This document shows, piece by piece, positions 20,419 to 29,458 of a stretch of 64,000 nt of DNA. The stretch is from Candidatus Poribacteria bacterium (lineage in GTDB: Bacteria; Poribacteria; WGA-4E; PCPOR2b), in the NCBI GenBank assembly GCA_965208325.1, contig OZ242326.1, positions 640,001 to 704,000 of the forward strand. Direction: 5' to 3'. The position numbers and the translations under genes are program-made. The notes under the pieces were generated by a model. The model was not told the origin of the DNA and searched no databases. It worked only from the letters and a program-made list of their open reading frames with translations. The first letter of the stretch is position 1. Every line of letters begins with the position of its first letter.

Positions 20419-21987
20419 ATGCCGCATCAGTCTGCGAATATGACTTATGACGCAATTGTCATCGGGAGCGGTTTTGGCGGATCGATGGTTGCGCACAGTT
20501 TAGTTCATGCCGGATTAAATGTGCTGATGCTTGAGCGCGGCGATTGGGTACCGCGCGGCCCGCAAAATTGGGAGCCCAACGGCACTGTGGATTTAACGCC
20601 ATTCTACACCGACGAGACGCCATATCGTATTTTAGCCGGCGGCACCAGCGATGTGATGGGTGCGTATAGTTGCGTTGGCGGACCATCCGTGTTCTATGGC
20701 GGTGTATCGATGCGCTTTCGCGAGGCGGACTTCGACGCATCCCCTGAAATCGTCGGCAACTCGGATGCGCGGTGGCCATACTCTTATGCAGACTTGGAAC
20801 CCTATTACACACGCGCCGAACAGATATTAGACGTTGCCGGTGAAGTTGGGCGTGATCCAACCGAACCGGCGCGAAGCGCTCCATTTCCGCAGGCGCTTGA
20901 TAAGCTATCGTACACCTCGCGTCTCATTGAACACGCAGCGACCGATCTTAGATTGAACCCGTTTCGCCTCGCATTAGCCATTAACTACTCCTCCAACGGC
21001 AATCGAGCGCGGTGTATCTCTTGCACCACTTGCGACACGTTTGCCTGCGCAATTCAAGCGAAAAATGACTTGGCAACCTGTGTCCTCCCAAATTTGATAG
21101 AAAACGGGCTCCACCTTAAGCCGAACATGGTTGTGACTCGGTTGGTTCGTGATGGAAATCGGCTAGTCTCACTTGAATGCCACGACAAGCAGACGGATGA
21201 AAAACACGATTACCGCGCTCGGTTTTTCGTTCTTTCGGCGGGCGCGTTAGGGTCGCCGCATTTACTACTCTCGTCCGAACTAAACAGTGTTAATCCTGGC
21301 GGCCACACCATTGGCCGTTATCTGATGCGCCATTGCAGCGCCATTGTGTTTGGGTTCTTTCCGATCCGCCCCAACAAGGCGGGGCAGTTCCACAAACAGA
21401 TTGGCATTCACGATTTCTATTTTGGGCACCCGAACATAAAAAGCCCCAACGGCAAATTGGGGAGTATCCAGCAGTTGCAAACACCGCCCGTGGGATTGGT
21501 TAAAGAGGCTTTGCCAACACCACTCGGCCACATTCTAAGCATAGGTGTTAAGCATCTGACCGGGCTTTTAGTCATGGCTGAGGATAAACCCCAGTACAAG
21601 AACCGCGTCACTATCAACCGGCGTCGAATGGATCGCTTTGGCCTCCCGCAGTTACTTGTTACCCACGGCTATGCTAGCAGGGATAGCGCTGCGCGTGATA
21701 CACTTATCCAGAGCGCGAAGCGAATTTTCCGAAAAGCCGGCGCGTGGTTCTGTTACGTTCACAAAATCAAAACCTTCTCTCACGCCGTGGGCACTGTCCG
21801 CATGGGAAATGCGCCTCATGTATCTGCCCTTGGCCCGTACTGCCAATTTCGTGGGGTTAATAATCTATTCGTAGTGGACGGCAGTTTCATGCCTACGTCG
21901 GCGGGCTTGAACCCGAGCTTGACAATAGCCGCTAATGCCTTACGCGTTGGCGATCGCATCGCAGGCATTTCTTCCGAGACAAATTGA
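20419..21987 (+). CDS. GMC family oxidoreductase
   Basis: IGSGFGG, LERG, VGGPSVFYGG, CISCTTC, HAVGTVRMG, VVDGSFMP and NPSLTI. Confidence 0.9.
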   Translation: MPHQSANMTYDAIVIGSGFGGSMVAHSLVHAGLNVLMLERGDWVPRGPQNWEPNGTVDLTPFYTDETPYRILAGGTSDVMGAYSCVGGPSVFYGGVSMRFREADFDASPEIVGNSDARWPYSYADLEPYYTRAEQILDVAGEVGRDPTEPARSAPFPQALDKLSYTSRLIEHAATDLRLNPFRLALAINYSSNGNRARCISCTTCDTFACAIQAKNDLATCVLPNLIENGLHLKPNMVVTRLVRDGNRLVSLECHDKQTDEKHDYRARFFVLSAGALGSPHLLLSSELNSVNPGGHTIGRYLMRHCSAIVFGFFPIRPNKAGQFHKQIGIHDFYFGHPNIKSPNGKLGSIQQLQTPPVGLVKEALPTPLGHILSIGVKHLTGLLVMAEDKPQYKNRVTINRRRMDRFGLPQLLVTHGYASRDSAARDTLIQSAKRIFRKAGAWFCYVHKIKTFSHAVGTVRMGNAPHVSALGPYCQFRGVNNLFVVDGSFMPTSAGLNPSLTIAANALRVGDRIAGISSETN

Positions 21988-21991
21988 CACC

Positions 21992-22963
21992 ATGGCATCA
22001 GATAATAATTCTTCGTCGCGACTCAACCTCGTTTTTTTGGGCTGCGGTTTTGCAACGCGGCTTCATAGCAAGACTCTATTGGGCTTCAAACACGATTTTC
22101 GACGGTTTTACGCCAGCCGGGATGGCAAAAAGGCAGATTTGTACAACCGGCGATTCAAAGGACACGGGTTCTTTGATTCGTATGAAGCAGCCATCGCAAA
22201 TGACAGGATTGAGGTAGTGCTTGTTGCAACCCCACCGGCGTTACACCTGGACCTTGCGTTAGCAGCCTTGCGTGCAGGAAAACATGTCATTGTGGAAAAA
22301 CCGGCCTTTCTGCGCGCCGGTGATTTTACGGACATCCGCCAGGCACAAGCCGCAACCGGACGATGCGTCTTTGTTGCGGAGAATTACTTTTACAAGCCGC
22401 TCGCCGTCAAGCTTCGAGAACTAATCTTATCCGGGATTATCGGTGATGCGCTTTTCGTCCACGTTAATGCGCTCAAACACCAAGCGGCCAACGGGTGGCG
22501 CAGCGATGCTCAATTAGCCGGAGGCGGAGCTATGTTCGAAGGGGGAATCCACTGGATTAACTTTGCCGCCAATTTAGGGTTAACCGTGGAGGCCGTTCGC
22601 GGATTTCGTGCAGGGGAGCGAGAAGGGTTGGACAAGAGTATGCTTGTTGCCATTAAATACGCCGAAGGAGCGGTTGGAGCGTTGCATTATTCTTGGGAAA
22701 TTCCGTCGTTATTTAAAGGGTTGCGAATATCTAGGATATTTGGCCGTAAAGGTTCTATCACGTTCGAATCCAACGGGTTATTCATTATTGTCAACGGCGC
22801 GCGAAAACGTTTTATCATTCCCAACCTCACCGATGTCGCGGGCTACAAGGCCATGTTCCGGGATTTTTCCTACGCCATAATAAACGGGAAGGAAGCTCAA
22901 ATGAATCTTGACTTGGCGGAGAGAGATGTCGCCCTAATTGATACAATCTGCAAATCAATATGA
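21992..22963 (+). CDS. Gfo/Idh/MocA family oxidoreductase
   Basis: LGCG, VATPPALH, GKHVIVEKP and GGGAMFEGGIHW. Confidence 0.9.
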   Translation: MASDNNSSSRLNLVFLGCGFATRLHSKTLLGFKHDFRRFYASRDGKKADLYNRRFKGHGFFDSYEAAIANDRIEVVLVATPPALHLDLALAALRAGKHVIVEKPAFLRAGDFTDIRQAQAATGRCVFVAENYFYKPLAVKLRELILSGIIGDALFVHVNALKHQAANGWRSDAQLAGGGAMFEGGIHWINFAANLGLTVEAVRGFRAGEREGLDKSMLVAIKYAEGAVGALHYSWEIPSLFKGLRISRIFGRKGSITFESNGLFIIVNGARKRFIIPNLTDVAGYKAMFRDFSYAIINGKEAQMNLDLAERDVALIDTICKSI

Positions 22964-23071
22964 TGCGTACATTTTACATTGTTTGTGTTTTACTACAAAT
23001 GGCACGTTAGAAACAACGACTACACTTGCCAATTGAGTTTGGTTTAAAAATCGGAGGCAAATTAACTGACT

Positions 23072-23893
23072 ATGAATTTACTAATCGCGCTGGTAATCGG
23101 CTTGATGGCAGGTGCGCATTCCGCAACTTGGGGAATGTATAAGGATGCCATCTACGAGGGTTTCACATGCAGGAAATATTTCCGAAGTATCATATTGAGC
23201 GGCCTCATCGCCATCGTTTTTGAGCGCGTTACAAATCTCGACGTAATGCAGCCGGCGAATATGGTTATTTTCTACGGCATGACCTATGTCATCGAACGCG
23301 GAATGCTCGAGTTCTACAAGACGTTTCTGCGAGAAGAGGACCAATCCAAGTATTTCATTCCGATGCAGTTTCATGTGGGGGGGAAAGTTGTACATAGCCA
23401 GTGGCGGCGATGGTTGACTGGTGGGGCTTACGCAATTGGTGTTGCTTTAGCTATTATGGGTATCATGGCTTTGCGGAATGTGAGTTTAAACCTTCCTGAC
23501 GTGATTATCGTCCTATTAATTGGCAGTGTCGGCGGGTGGATTTCAGCCTTTGGCGGCGCCTGGAAAGATGCGCCGTTGGAGGGTTTTGAATGGCTTAAAT
23601 TTTTCCGCAGCCCAGTAATTGCATCTATTTACGCGCTGCTCATCGCTTGTTTTACCAACGACTACCTGTATATCTCTATGGGCGCGCTCGGTTATACGGT
23701 CGGTACTATCGAAACTTACAAGACGTTCTTTTTCCCAAACAAGCCCCGCGGAAAATTTGCGGGAAAAGCAATACAATTCCCTGAGATGCTTAAAAAGAGA
23801 TATAATTTTGTGCCCCTATTCGTGACTATCTGGTTAGCCGTAATCACAACCTGTATTATTGCGTTAATCCAGCCCAGAACAGGACTCATTTGA
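23072..23893 (+). CDS. Hypothetical integral membrane protein with a two-fold internal repeat
   Basis: GGAGG RBS; WGMYKDAIYEGF..KYFRS repeated as GGAWKDAPLEGF..KFFRS. Confidence 0.8.
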   Translation: MNLLIALVIGLMAGAHSATWGMYKDAIYEGFTCRKYFRSIILSGLIAIVFERVTNLDVMQPANMVIFYGMTYVIERGMLEFYKTFLREEDQSKYFIPMQFHVGGKVVHSQWRRWLTGGAYAIGVALAIMGIMALRNVSLNLPDVIIVLLIGSVGGWISAFGGAWKDAPLEGFEWLKFFRSPVIASIYALLIACFTNDYLYISMGALGYTVGTIETYKTFFFPNKPRGKFAGKAIQFPEMLKKRYNFVPLFVTIWLAVITTCIIALIQPRTGLI

Positions 23894-24031
23894 GTCAAGC
23901 GATACCTATCAGAATTCGCACGTTGCGCGGGTGATTCAGAATTGTTTACGTCCTCCTGAAAAAAACGCCTAATTCTACCAAGTCTACTGCAAATGACAAT
24001 TTGGAATCAAGGTGTGCGGCGGTGTATGCAG

Positions 24032-25450
24032 TTACTTGGCTATAGACGGAATGCGTTTCCAAATCCCTGTAGCTTGTTCAAAGGCGTGAGCCATTTGCAG
24101 CACGCCGAAGTCATCTTGATGCCGCCCTACAATCTGCACGCCCACTGGCAAGCCTTCCGGTGTGAATCCGCATGGAACTGAGATGGCGGGCAGACCCGTA
24201 ACGGTTACATAGTAGCAAGATTTCATCCAGTCAATGTAGGTCTCCATTTTTACACTGCCAATTTCCGTTACATATCGTTGTGTCACGTCAAAAGGCGGTA
24301 CCTGGTTCACAGGAAGAATTAGAAACTCGTAGGTATCCATGAATTTCCGAACACGGTGAAAAATTTCAGTCTGTTTGAGTTCAGCCCATCCGATTTGCGG
24401 CCCGCTTAACTTCTTCCCCTCTTCGATATTCCAGACGATTGTGTCCTTCAATTGGCCGCGGTGGGTCTTCAGCAAGCCGTTAAATGCAAGTTCAAAGCGC
24501 CACGCCCGCCATATCTTGAAGACTTCATCCGCATCAGTAAAATCGGGTTCACCATCCTCGACTACGCAGCCCAAGTCTTCGAACACGCGCCGCTGGCTAT
24601 TGATGGTGTTTGTTACGCGCGCATCCATCGGCAGCCCCCCCAAATCATGTCCCCAAGCGATGCGCGCACCTGTAAAATCACGTTCGAGAGGACGAGCGAA
24701 TCGACCGCCCGGCTCAGCGATGGCGATAGGCGAACGCGAATCCGGCCCGGCGATAGCGCTCAATACGAGTGCGGCATCTTGGACTGTTCTTGCCATTGGC
24801 CCCTGTACTGTAATTGGAAACCAACCTGTTAAGTTCGGCCATATCGGCACTCTGCCATGGGACGTGCGAAAACCAACGACATTACAGAAGTTGCCGGGAA
24901 TACGCAACGAGCCGCCCATGTCGCTTCCGTCCGCGATTGGCAGCATCCTACACGCTAAGGCCGCTGCTGCACCGCCGCTGCTGCCGCCGCAGGTTTTTGA
25001 GGTGTCGTAGGGGTTCAGCGTTTCTCCGAATACCGCGTTAAAAGTCTGTGCCCCCGCGCCGAATTCGGGTGTATTGGTTTTACCGATGGTGATTGCTCCG
25101 GCTGTCTTCAGCCGCTCTACAATGAGTGCGTCTTCGTCCGGTACAAAATCCTTGTAAATCGGAGATCCGAATGTGGTGCGGATTCCTTGAGTTTCAAACA
25201 AATCTTTGTGCGCTATCGGCAGTCCATGCAAAGCGGCCGTCGATTCACCGCGTGCCAGTGCCTCGTCGGCGGCGGCAGCTTGTTCAATCGCTAGCTCGGG
25301 TAACAAAGTAACTATGGCGTTTACTTTAGGGTTAACACGCTCGATTTGCGCTAAATGGGCTTCCATCACCTCTTTGACCGATACATCTCTTGCCCGAATG
25401 CGTCGGCTCAACTCGGAAGCTGTCATATAGCAAATTTCTTGGTGGGACAT
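24032..25450 (-). CDS. Amidase (amidase signature family)
   Basis: GLPIAHKD, GKTNTPEFG, GGSSGG and GSDMGGSLRIP. Confidence 0.95.
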   Translation of the reverse strand: MSHQEICYMTASELSRRIRARDVSVKEVMEAHLAQIERVNPKVNAIVTLLPELAIEQAAAADEALARGESTAALHGLPIAHKDLFETQGIRTTFGSPIYKDFVPDEDALIVERLKTAGAITIGKTNTPEFGAGAQTFNAVFGETLNPYDTSKTCGGSSGGAAAALACRMLPIADGSDMGGSLRIPGNFCNVVGFRTSHGRVPIWPNLTGWFPITVQGPMARTVQDAALVLSAIAGPDSRSPIAIAEPGGRFARPLERDFTGARIAWGHDLGGLPMDARVTNTINSQRRVFEDLGCVVEDGEPDFTDADEVFKIWRAWRFELAFNGLLKTHRGQLKDTIVWNIEEGKKLSGPQIGWAELKQTEIFHRVRKFMDTYEFLILPVNQVPPFDVTQRYVTEIGSVKMETYIDWMKSCYYVTVTGLPAISVPCGFTPEGLPVGVQIVGRHQDDFGVLQMAHAFEQATGIWKRIPSIAK

Positions 25451-25583
25451 GGCGAATTCATCTCACTCTCACGATTGTTCAATTCACAGAATTCAAGACT
25501 TAAACCTCGCAGCATTGGGTGCGGCAGGTTCGAAACATCCTCAGTAAGCTGCTAGCTGTCCGGCTCAAAATTAGTTCTGCGGT

Positions 25584-25612
25584 AGCTTAACAGAAGGCCA
25601 AATAAGCGTCAA
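25584..25612 (-). promoter_or_regulatory. Putative sigma70 promoter for the amidase
   Basis: Minus strand TTGACG-17 nt-TAAGCT with TG extension. Confidence 0.45.
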
Positions 25613-25682
25613 CACAAATCCCTCCGATCACCGTGACACTGAGCAGATTGTCAATAATACCACTTCGGCCGTTAAAATTGTC

Positions 25683-25711
25683 TTGATATACATTGGGCAT
25701 TGTGATAAAAT
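25683..25711 (+). promoter_or_regulatory. Putative sigma70 promoter of the metG leader
   Basis: TTGATA-17 nt-TAAAAT with extended TGn. Confidence 0.6.
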
Positions 25712-25788
25712 AGCAAGGTTAAGGTAAATCATTAATTTACAGGTTGGTAAATAAGTTAATCACGCAATCTCAATCCGGATTATTCTCA

Positions 25789-25842
25789 ATGAAGCGCTTT
25801 GCCATTCTTTCCAATATGGGCATGTCCATGTGTTCAAGTTAA
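25789..25842 (+). CDS. Putative Met-rich leader peptide MKRFAILSNMGMSMCSS
   Basis: ATG 25789 to TAA 25840-42; ATG codons at 25816, 25822 and 25828; sits within an attenuator-like structure before metG; RBS weak (GGA). Confidence 0.7.
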   Translation: MKRFAILSNMGMSMCSS

Positions 25843-25938
25843 AGTGATAACGGGCGTGCCACAATCAGACTTGGGATTAGCTGTAACATTTTCTTTGTAG
25901 AATCGCCTATTATCACCGCGGTGATAATAGGTTTTTTT
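25819..25938 (+). promoter_or_regulatory. Putative transcription attenuator (1:2 protector, 2:3 antiterminator, 3:4 terminator)
   Basis: GGCATGTCC (25819-27) pairs with GGGCGTGCC (25852-60); GTGATAACGGGCG (25844-56) pairs with CGCCTATTATCAC (25904-16). Confidence 0.75.
25906..25938 (+). terminator. Intrinsic terminator inside the metG leader
   Basis: CCTATTATCAC-CGCG-GTGATAATAGG perfect stem followed by T7, ending 26 nt before the metG ATG. Confidence 0.88.
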
Positions 25939-25964
25939 GTTTCAGTCTAAAGGGACTCAGGTTC

Positions 25965-27857
25965 ATGGGTAAATTCTACATCACAACGCCAATTTACTAC
26001 GTTAATGCGGAGCCGCATGTCGGTCATGCGTACACAAGTATTGCCGCCGATGCGCTAGCACGGTATCATAGCCTCAAAGGGGACGATGTGTTCTTTTTAA
26101 CGGGTGTGGATGAACACGGTGCAAACATTGAAAAAATCGCGGCTGAAAATGGAGTGTCGCCGCAGCAATATTGCGATCAGATAGCGCCGGCCTTCACAAA
26201 TCTCTGGAAGAAGCTAAATATTTCCTACAATATTTTTCTCAGGACGACCAGTGATTTACACAAACGCGGCGTGGCGAAACTCCTCACTAGTCTTCATGAA
26301 TCCGGCGATATATATAAAGACAAGTATGAGGGATATTATTGCCGCCCCTGCGAAAGTTTTTACATGGATAAAGAACTCGGCGAAGCAAAGGCATGTCCGG
26401 TACACCGGTTGCCCGTGGAATGGGTGGAAGAAGAGAACTACTTTTTCGCATTGTCGAAATACGAAAATCGGTTGCTCGATCATATTAACGCCAACCCAGA
26501 ATTTATTCAACCGGACAGCCGGCGTAATGAAATCCTTAGCGCAATCGAGTCAGGATTGAAAGATGTTAGCATTTCAAGAGCATCCGTGTCGTGGGGAATT
26601 CCATTGCCGTTCGATCCTACCCACAATATTTATGTTTGGATTGAGGCATTGTGCAACTATATCACAGCGCTCGATTATCATGAGACCGGCGAAAAATACC
26701 GCAAGTATTGGCCGGCCGATTTACATCTGATGGGGAAAGAGATTACCCGCTTTCACGCTATAATTTGGCCCGCAATGTTAATGTCTGTCGACCTGCCGCT
26801 GCCCAAGCAGGTTTTCGGACACGGGTGGTTGACCAAGGACGGAAAACGGATTAGCAAAACAACAGGTAACATTATTGATATGGATGCGCTGATTGACGAG
26901 TTTGGTTTAGAAGCATTTCGCTACTATATGATGCGTGAATTCAGTTTTGGCAATGACGGCGACTTTCGGCGCGATCGCTTTGTGTTGAGGTATAACGCTG
27001 ATCTGGCAAACGATCTTGGCAACCTGCTCAATCGCACGCTAGGACTTGTCGCAAAGCACTTCGGCGTCGTTCCTGATCCTTCGACGCCCGGCGAATTCGA
27101 CAGCGAAGTCAAACAGGCGGCATGCGAGACAGTAAACGAGGTCTATTCGCTTATGAGCCGGCGCGCGTTTGATGCAGCGTTGGAAGCTATCTGGGAGTTT
27201 GTGCGTCGTGTCAATCGCTATGTTCAGCAGACACAGGTTTGGACGCTGGCGAAATCGGAGGAAGACAAGAGGCGCATGGGAACTATCCTATATAACAGCA
27301 TGGAAGCCCTGAGAACGGTTGCCGTTCTGATTTCACCGTTTATGCCTGACACCGCAAACCGCATCCGCCAGCAGATGGGGCTCGATGAGAGTTTCAACGC
27401 GCAGGGATTAGACACGGTCGCGCAGTGGGGCGGATTACCATCGGACATTCCAATTCGGAAACCTGAGCCAATATTCCCGCGAAAGGATACGAAATCGGTG
27501 CAAAGCATGAATGCAGAAGGAACTGAAGACGCTAACCTTGTTTCGTTCAAAGATTTCCAGTCGTTAGACTTGCGTGTTGCGGAAGTTATTGCTGCCGAAC
27601 GCGTGCCTAATGCGGACCGGCTGCTGAAACTACGCGTCAGTATCGGTGATACAGAGCGGCAAATCGTTGCTGGCATCGCCGAGAATTACACGCCGGAGGA
27701 TTTAATCGGGAAACGGGTGATACTCGTTGCAAACTTAGAACCTGCCACAATCCGAGGGATTAAATCTCAAGGGATGTTGCTCGCGGCCGCCGACGGAAAT
27801 GACCTCGCAGTCGCGACGATTGAAAAGGCGTTGCCGGCGGGAACACGGGTAAGCTAA
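25965..27857 (+). CDS. metG: Methionine--tRNA ligase with C-terminal tRNA-binding (Trbp111-like) domain
   Basis: FYITTPIYYVN..HVGH, TGVDEHG, Zn knuckle (CRPC..CPVH), RISKT (KMSKS-like) and LDLRVA..RQIVAGI. Confidence 0.97.
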   Translation: MGKFYITTPIYYVNAEPHVGHAYTSIAADALARYHSLKGDDVFFLTGVDEHGANIEKIAAENGVSPQQYCDQIAPAFTNLWKKLNISYNIFLRTTSDLHKRGVAKLLTSLHESGDIYKDKYEGYYCRPCESFYMDKELGEAKACPVHRLPVEWVEEENYFFALSKYENRLLDHINANPEFIQPDSRRNEILSAIESGLKDVSISRASVSWGIPLPFDPTHNIYVWIEALCNYITALDYHETGEKYRKYWPADLHLMGKEITRFHAIIWPAMLMSVDLPLPKQVFGHGWLTKDGKRISKTTGNIIDMDALIDEFGLEAFRYYMMREFSFGNDGDFRRDRFVLRYNADLANDLGNLLNRTLGLVAKHFGVVPDPSTPGEFDSEVKQAACETVNEVYSLMSRRAFDAALEAIWEFVRRVNRYVQQTQVWTLAKSEEDKRRMGTILYNSMEALRTVAVLISPFMPDTANRIRQQMGLDESFNAQGLDTVAQWGGLPSDIPIRKPEPIFPRKDTKSVQSMNAEGTEDANLVSFKDFQSLDLRVAEVIAAERVPNADRLLKLRVSIGDTERQIVAGIAENYTPEDLIGKRVILVANLEPATIRGIKSQGMLLAAADGNDLAVATIEKALPAGTRVS

Positions 27858-27944
27858 AACGCCGCGGCTAATGTGTATTGCGAAGAGGTTGAGAATGGCA
27901 AACGGCCTCACGCGGGCAGTCTAGAGATTGGAAAACTGTTAGGA

Positions 27945-28307
27945 TTATCTCTTTTCTCTCAGGGCGGCATCGTAAATCAGAAATTCGATAATCTGTTCGG
28001 CAGTTTTGGGAGTTAATCCTGAACCTGGTTTTCTCATCATTTTGTAGACATATTTCCGCCACTCCTCCCCGATGAATCTTGAGTTAATTGGACGAGCGAG
28101 TGTATGACACCGGCTGCATTTCTGCGCAAAGAGATGGTAGTATTCCTGCATCTTTAAAGAATAGTTAGAAACATCAATGAAATTTGGCCCGTTATCCGAT
28201 GCGAAAGTCCTCGGAGTTGTGTTGGACATATTCACAACAACCACTGCGATCGCGCCGAGTAAACCCAAAATAATCAGTACGGAGATCCAAACGATCGGTT
28301 CGCGCAT
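27945..28307 (-). CDS. Membrane-anchored monoheme c-type cytochrome
   Basis: N-terminal TM helix; CSRCH heme motif; downstream KMMRKPGSG Met ligand candidate. Confidence 0.8.
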   Translation of the reverse strand: MREPIVWISVLIILGLLGAIAVVVVNMSNTTPRTFASDNGPNFIDVSNYSLKMQEYYHLFAQKCSRCHTLARPINSRFIGEEWRKYVYKMMRKPGSGLTPKTAEQIIEFLIYDAALREKR

Positions 28308-28516
28308 CAGCCTTGATCGCCCAAATAGTCAGACAAGGGTTGGGTTAATTGGCTTAATACCAACAACTGTTGTTTTGGCTTGAAATGTGGGGGATTATGG
28401 CAGGTAAATTCTAAACTGTATTCTTGAAGTCTACTACGTAAATCGTCACCTCGCAATTTACTCGAGCAACATTGGGACCATTTCGTTCACGCCGCCCGTG
28501 CTGCGCTAAACGGGTC

Positions 28517-29215
28517 TTATATGGAAGTCGCATCATGCCGTTCTGAGGATTCGTGTAACTGACGATTTTCCAATTCTAACTGCCTGATTTGGTCGTTCAT
28601 AGCACTAATACGTGATTCTTGGTCTTGCAACGTATTCTTTATTGTCAGGAATTCTTGCTGCAGTTGCTCAACATAGGATACCAAGTTAGCGACTATGTTG
28701 CTGAGTTCTTGAGGGGTCTGATTGTTTGGGGGTTGCGTGGCTGGCTCAACGCTGCGAGCGGCCGATTTGGGCACTTCAGCCTTAGCGTCGATAAGTAGTT
28801 GCTTCGTCCTACCAACCGGTTTGGGCACCGGCGTAATCGTTGAGCCATCGTGTTGACGCGCTGGCGGACGGGTTGATGGGGAAAAATATTCGGACGAGGA
28901 TTGAGAGTTTAGGCTTTTGTTTGGGAAAACCCGTGGAAAAACACCTTGAGACAGAATTTCATAAGCGCCCGACTGCAATTCCTTATCTTCAAAGTAGGTT
29001 ACACTCACTTTTATCTGTTGTTCAATCTGTAATTGAAGAAGCCGAGTCGTGATATTCCATATCACAGTATCGTTGTTTCCCGTGGTTTGACCGCTTCTCC
29101 AACGGTTCAATTGACGCAGGTAACTTGTTATGACATGCGGATCGGCGACCTCCTTTACGATTGGTTCTGCTGCCAACACACCATCGCCTTTTGACATCGG
29201 TTCAACAATCGACAT
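28517..29215 (-). CDS. Hypothetical protein with Pro/Ser linker and C-terminal coiled coil
   Basis: ORF; likely start ATG 29215 after AGGGG; heptad-like C-terminus. Confidence 0.6.
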   Translation of the reverse strand: MSIVEPMSKGDGVLAAEPIVKEVADPHVITSYLRQLNRWRSGQTTGNNDTVIWNITTRLLQLQIEQQIKVSVTYFEDKELQSGAYEILSQGVFPRVFPNKSLNSQSSSEYFSPSTRPPARQHDGSTITPVPKPVGRTKQLLIDAKAEVPKSAARSVEPATQPPNNQTPQELSNIVANLVSYVEQLQQEFLTIKNTLQDQESRISAMNDQIRQLELENRQLHESSERHDATSI

Positions 29216-29458
29216 CGGGATATCCCCTGTGTCGGATTGAATCTTGAATATCCATTTTGTTTCTGCCGCTCGCTTACAAGAAACGATAAATTGGTAACGA
29301 ATTGCCATCGCGAATATTCCAATTAAGTAAGAGAGGAGGCTACCTGTCAGATTCGACGCAATCAACCCCCGAGTGCCGTACCCTATCAAGTTGCAACAGA
29401 GTCTTTACCAAAGCAATTTAAATCTAGGCTTGCACGAAATTTTCGGGTGATCATTACG

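Noticed and set aside
25518..25545. GCAGGTTCGAAAC tRNA T-loop-like motif
   Set aside because: T-stem does not close and no cloverleaf can be built
25720..25960. T-box or SAM riboswitch for metG
   Set aside because: No GGTGGNACC T-box sequence or SAM-I core visible; the leader-peptide model explains the pairings better (Rfam scan still needed)
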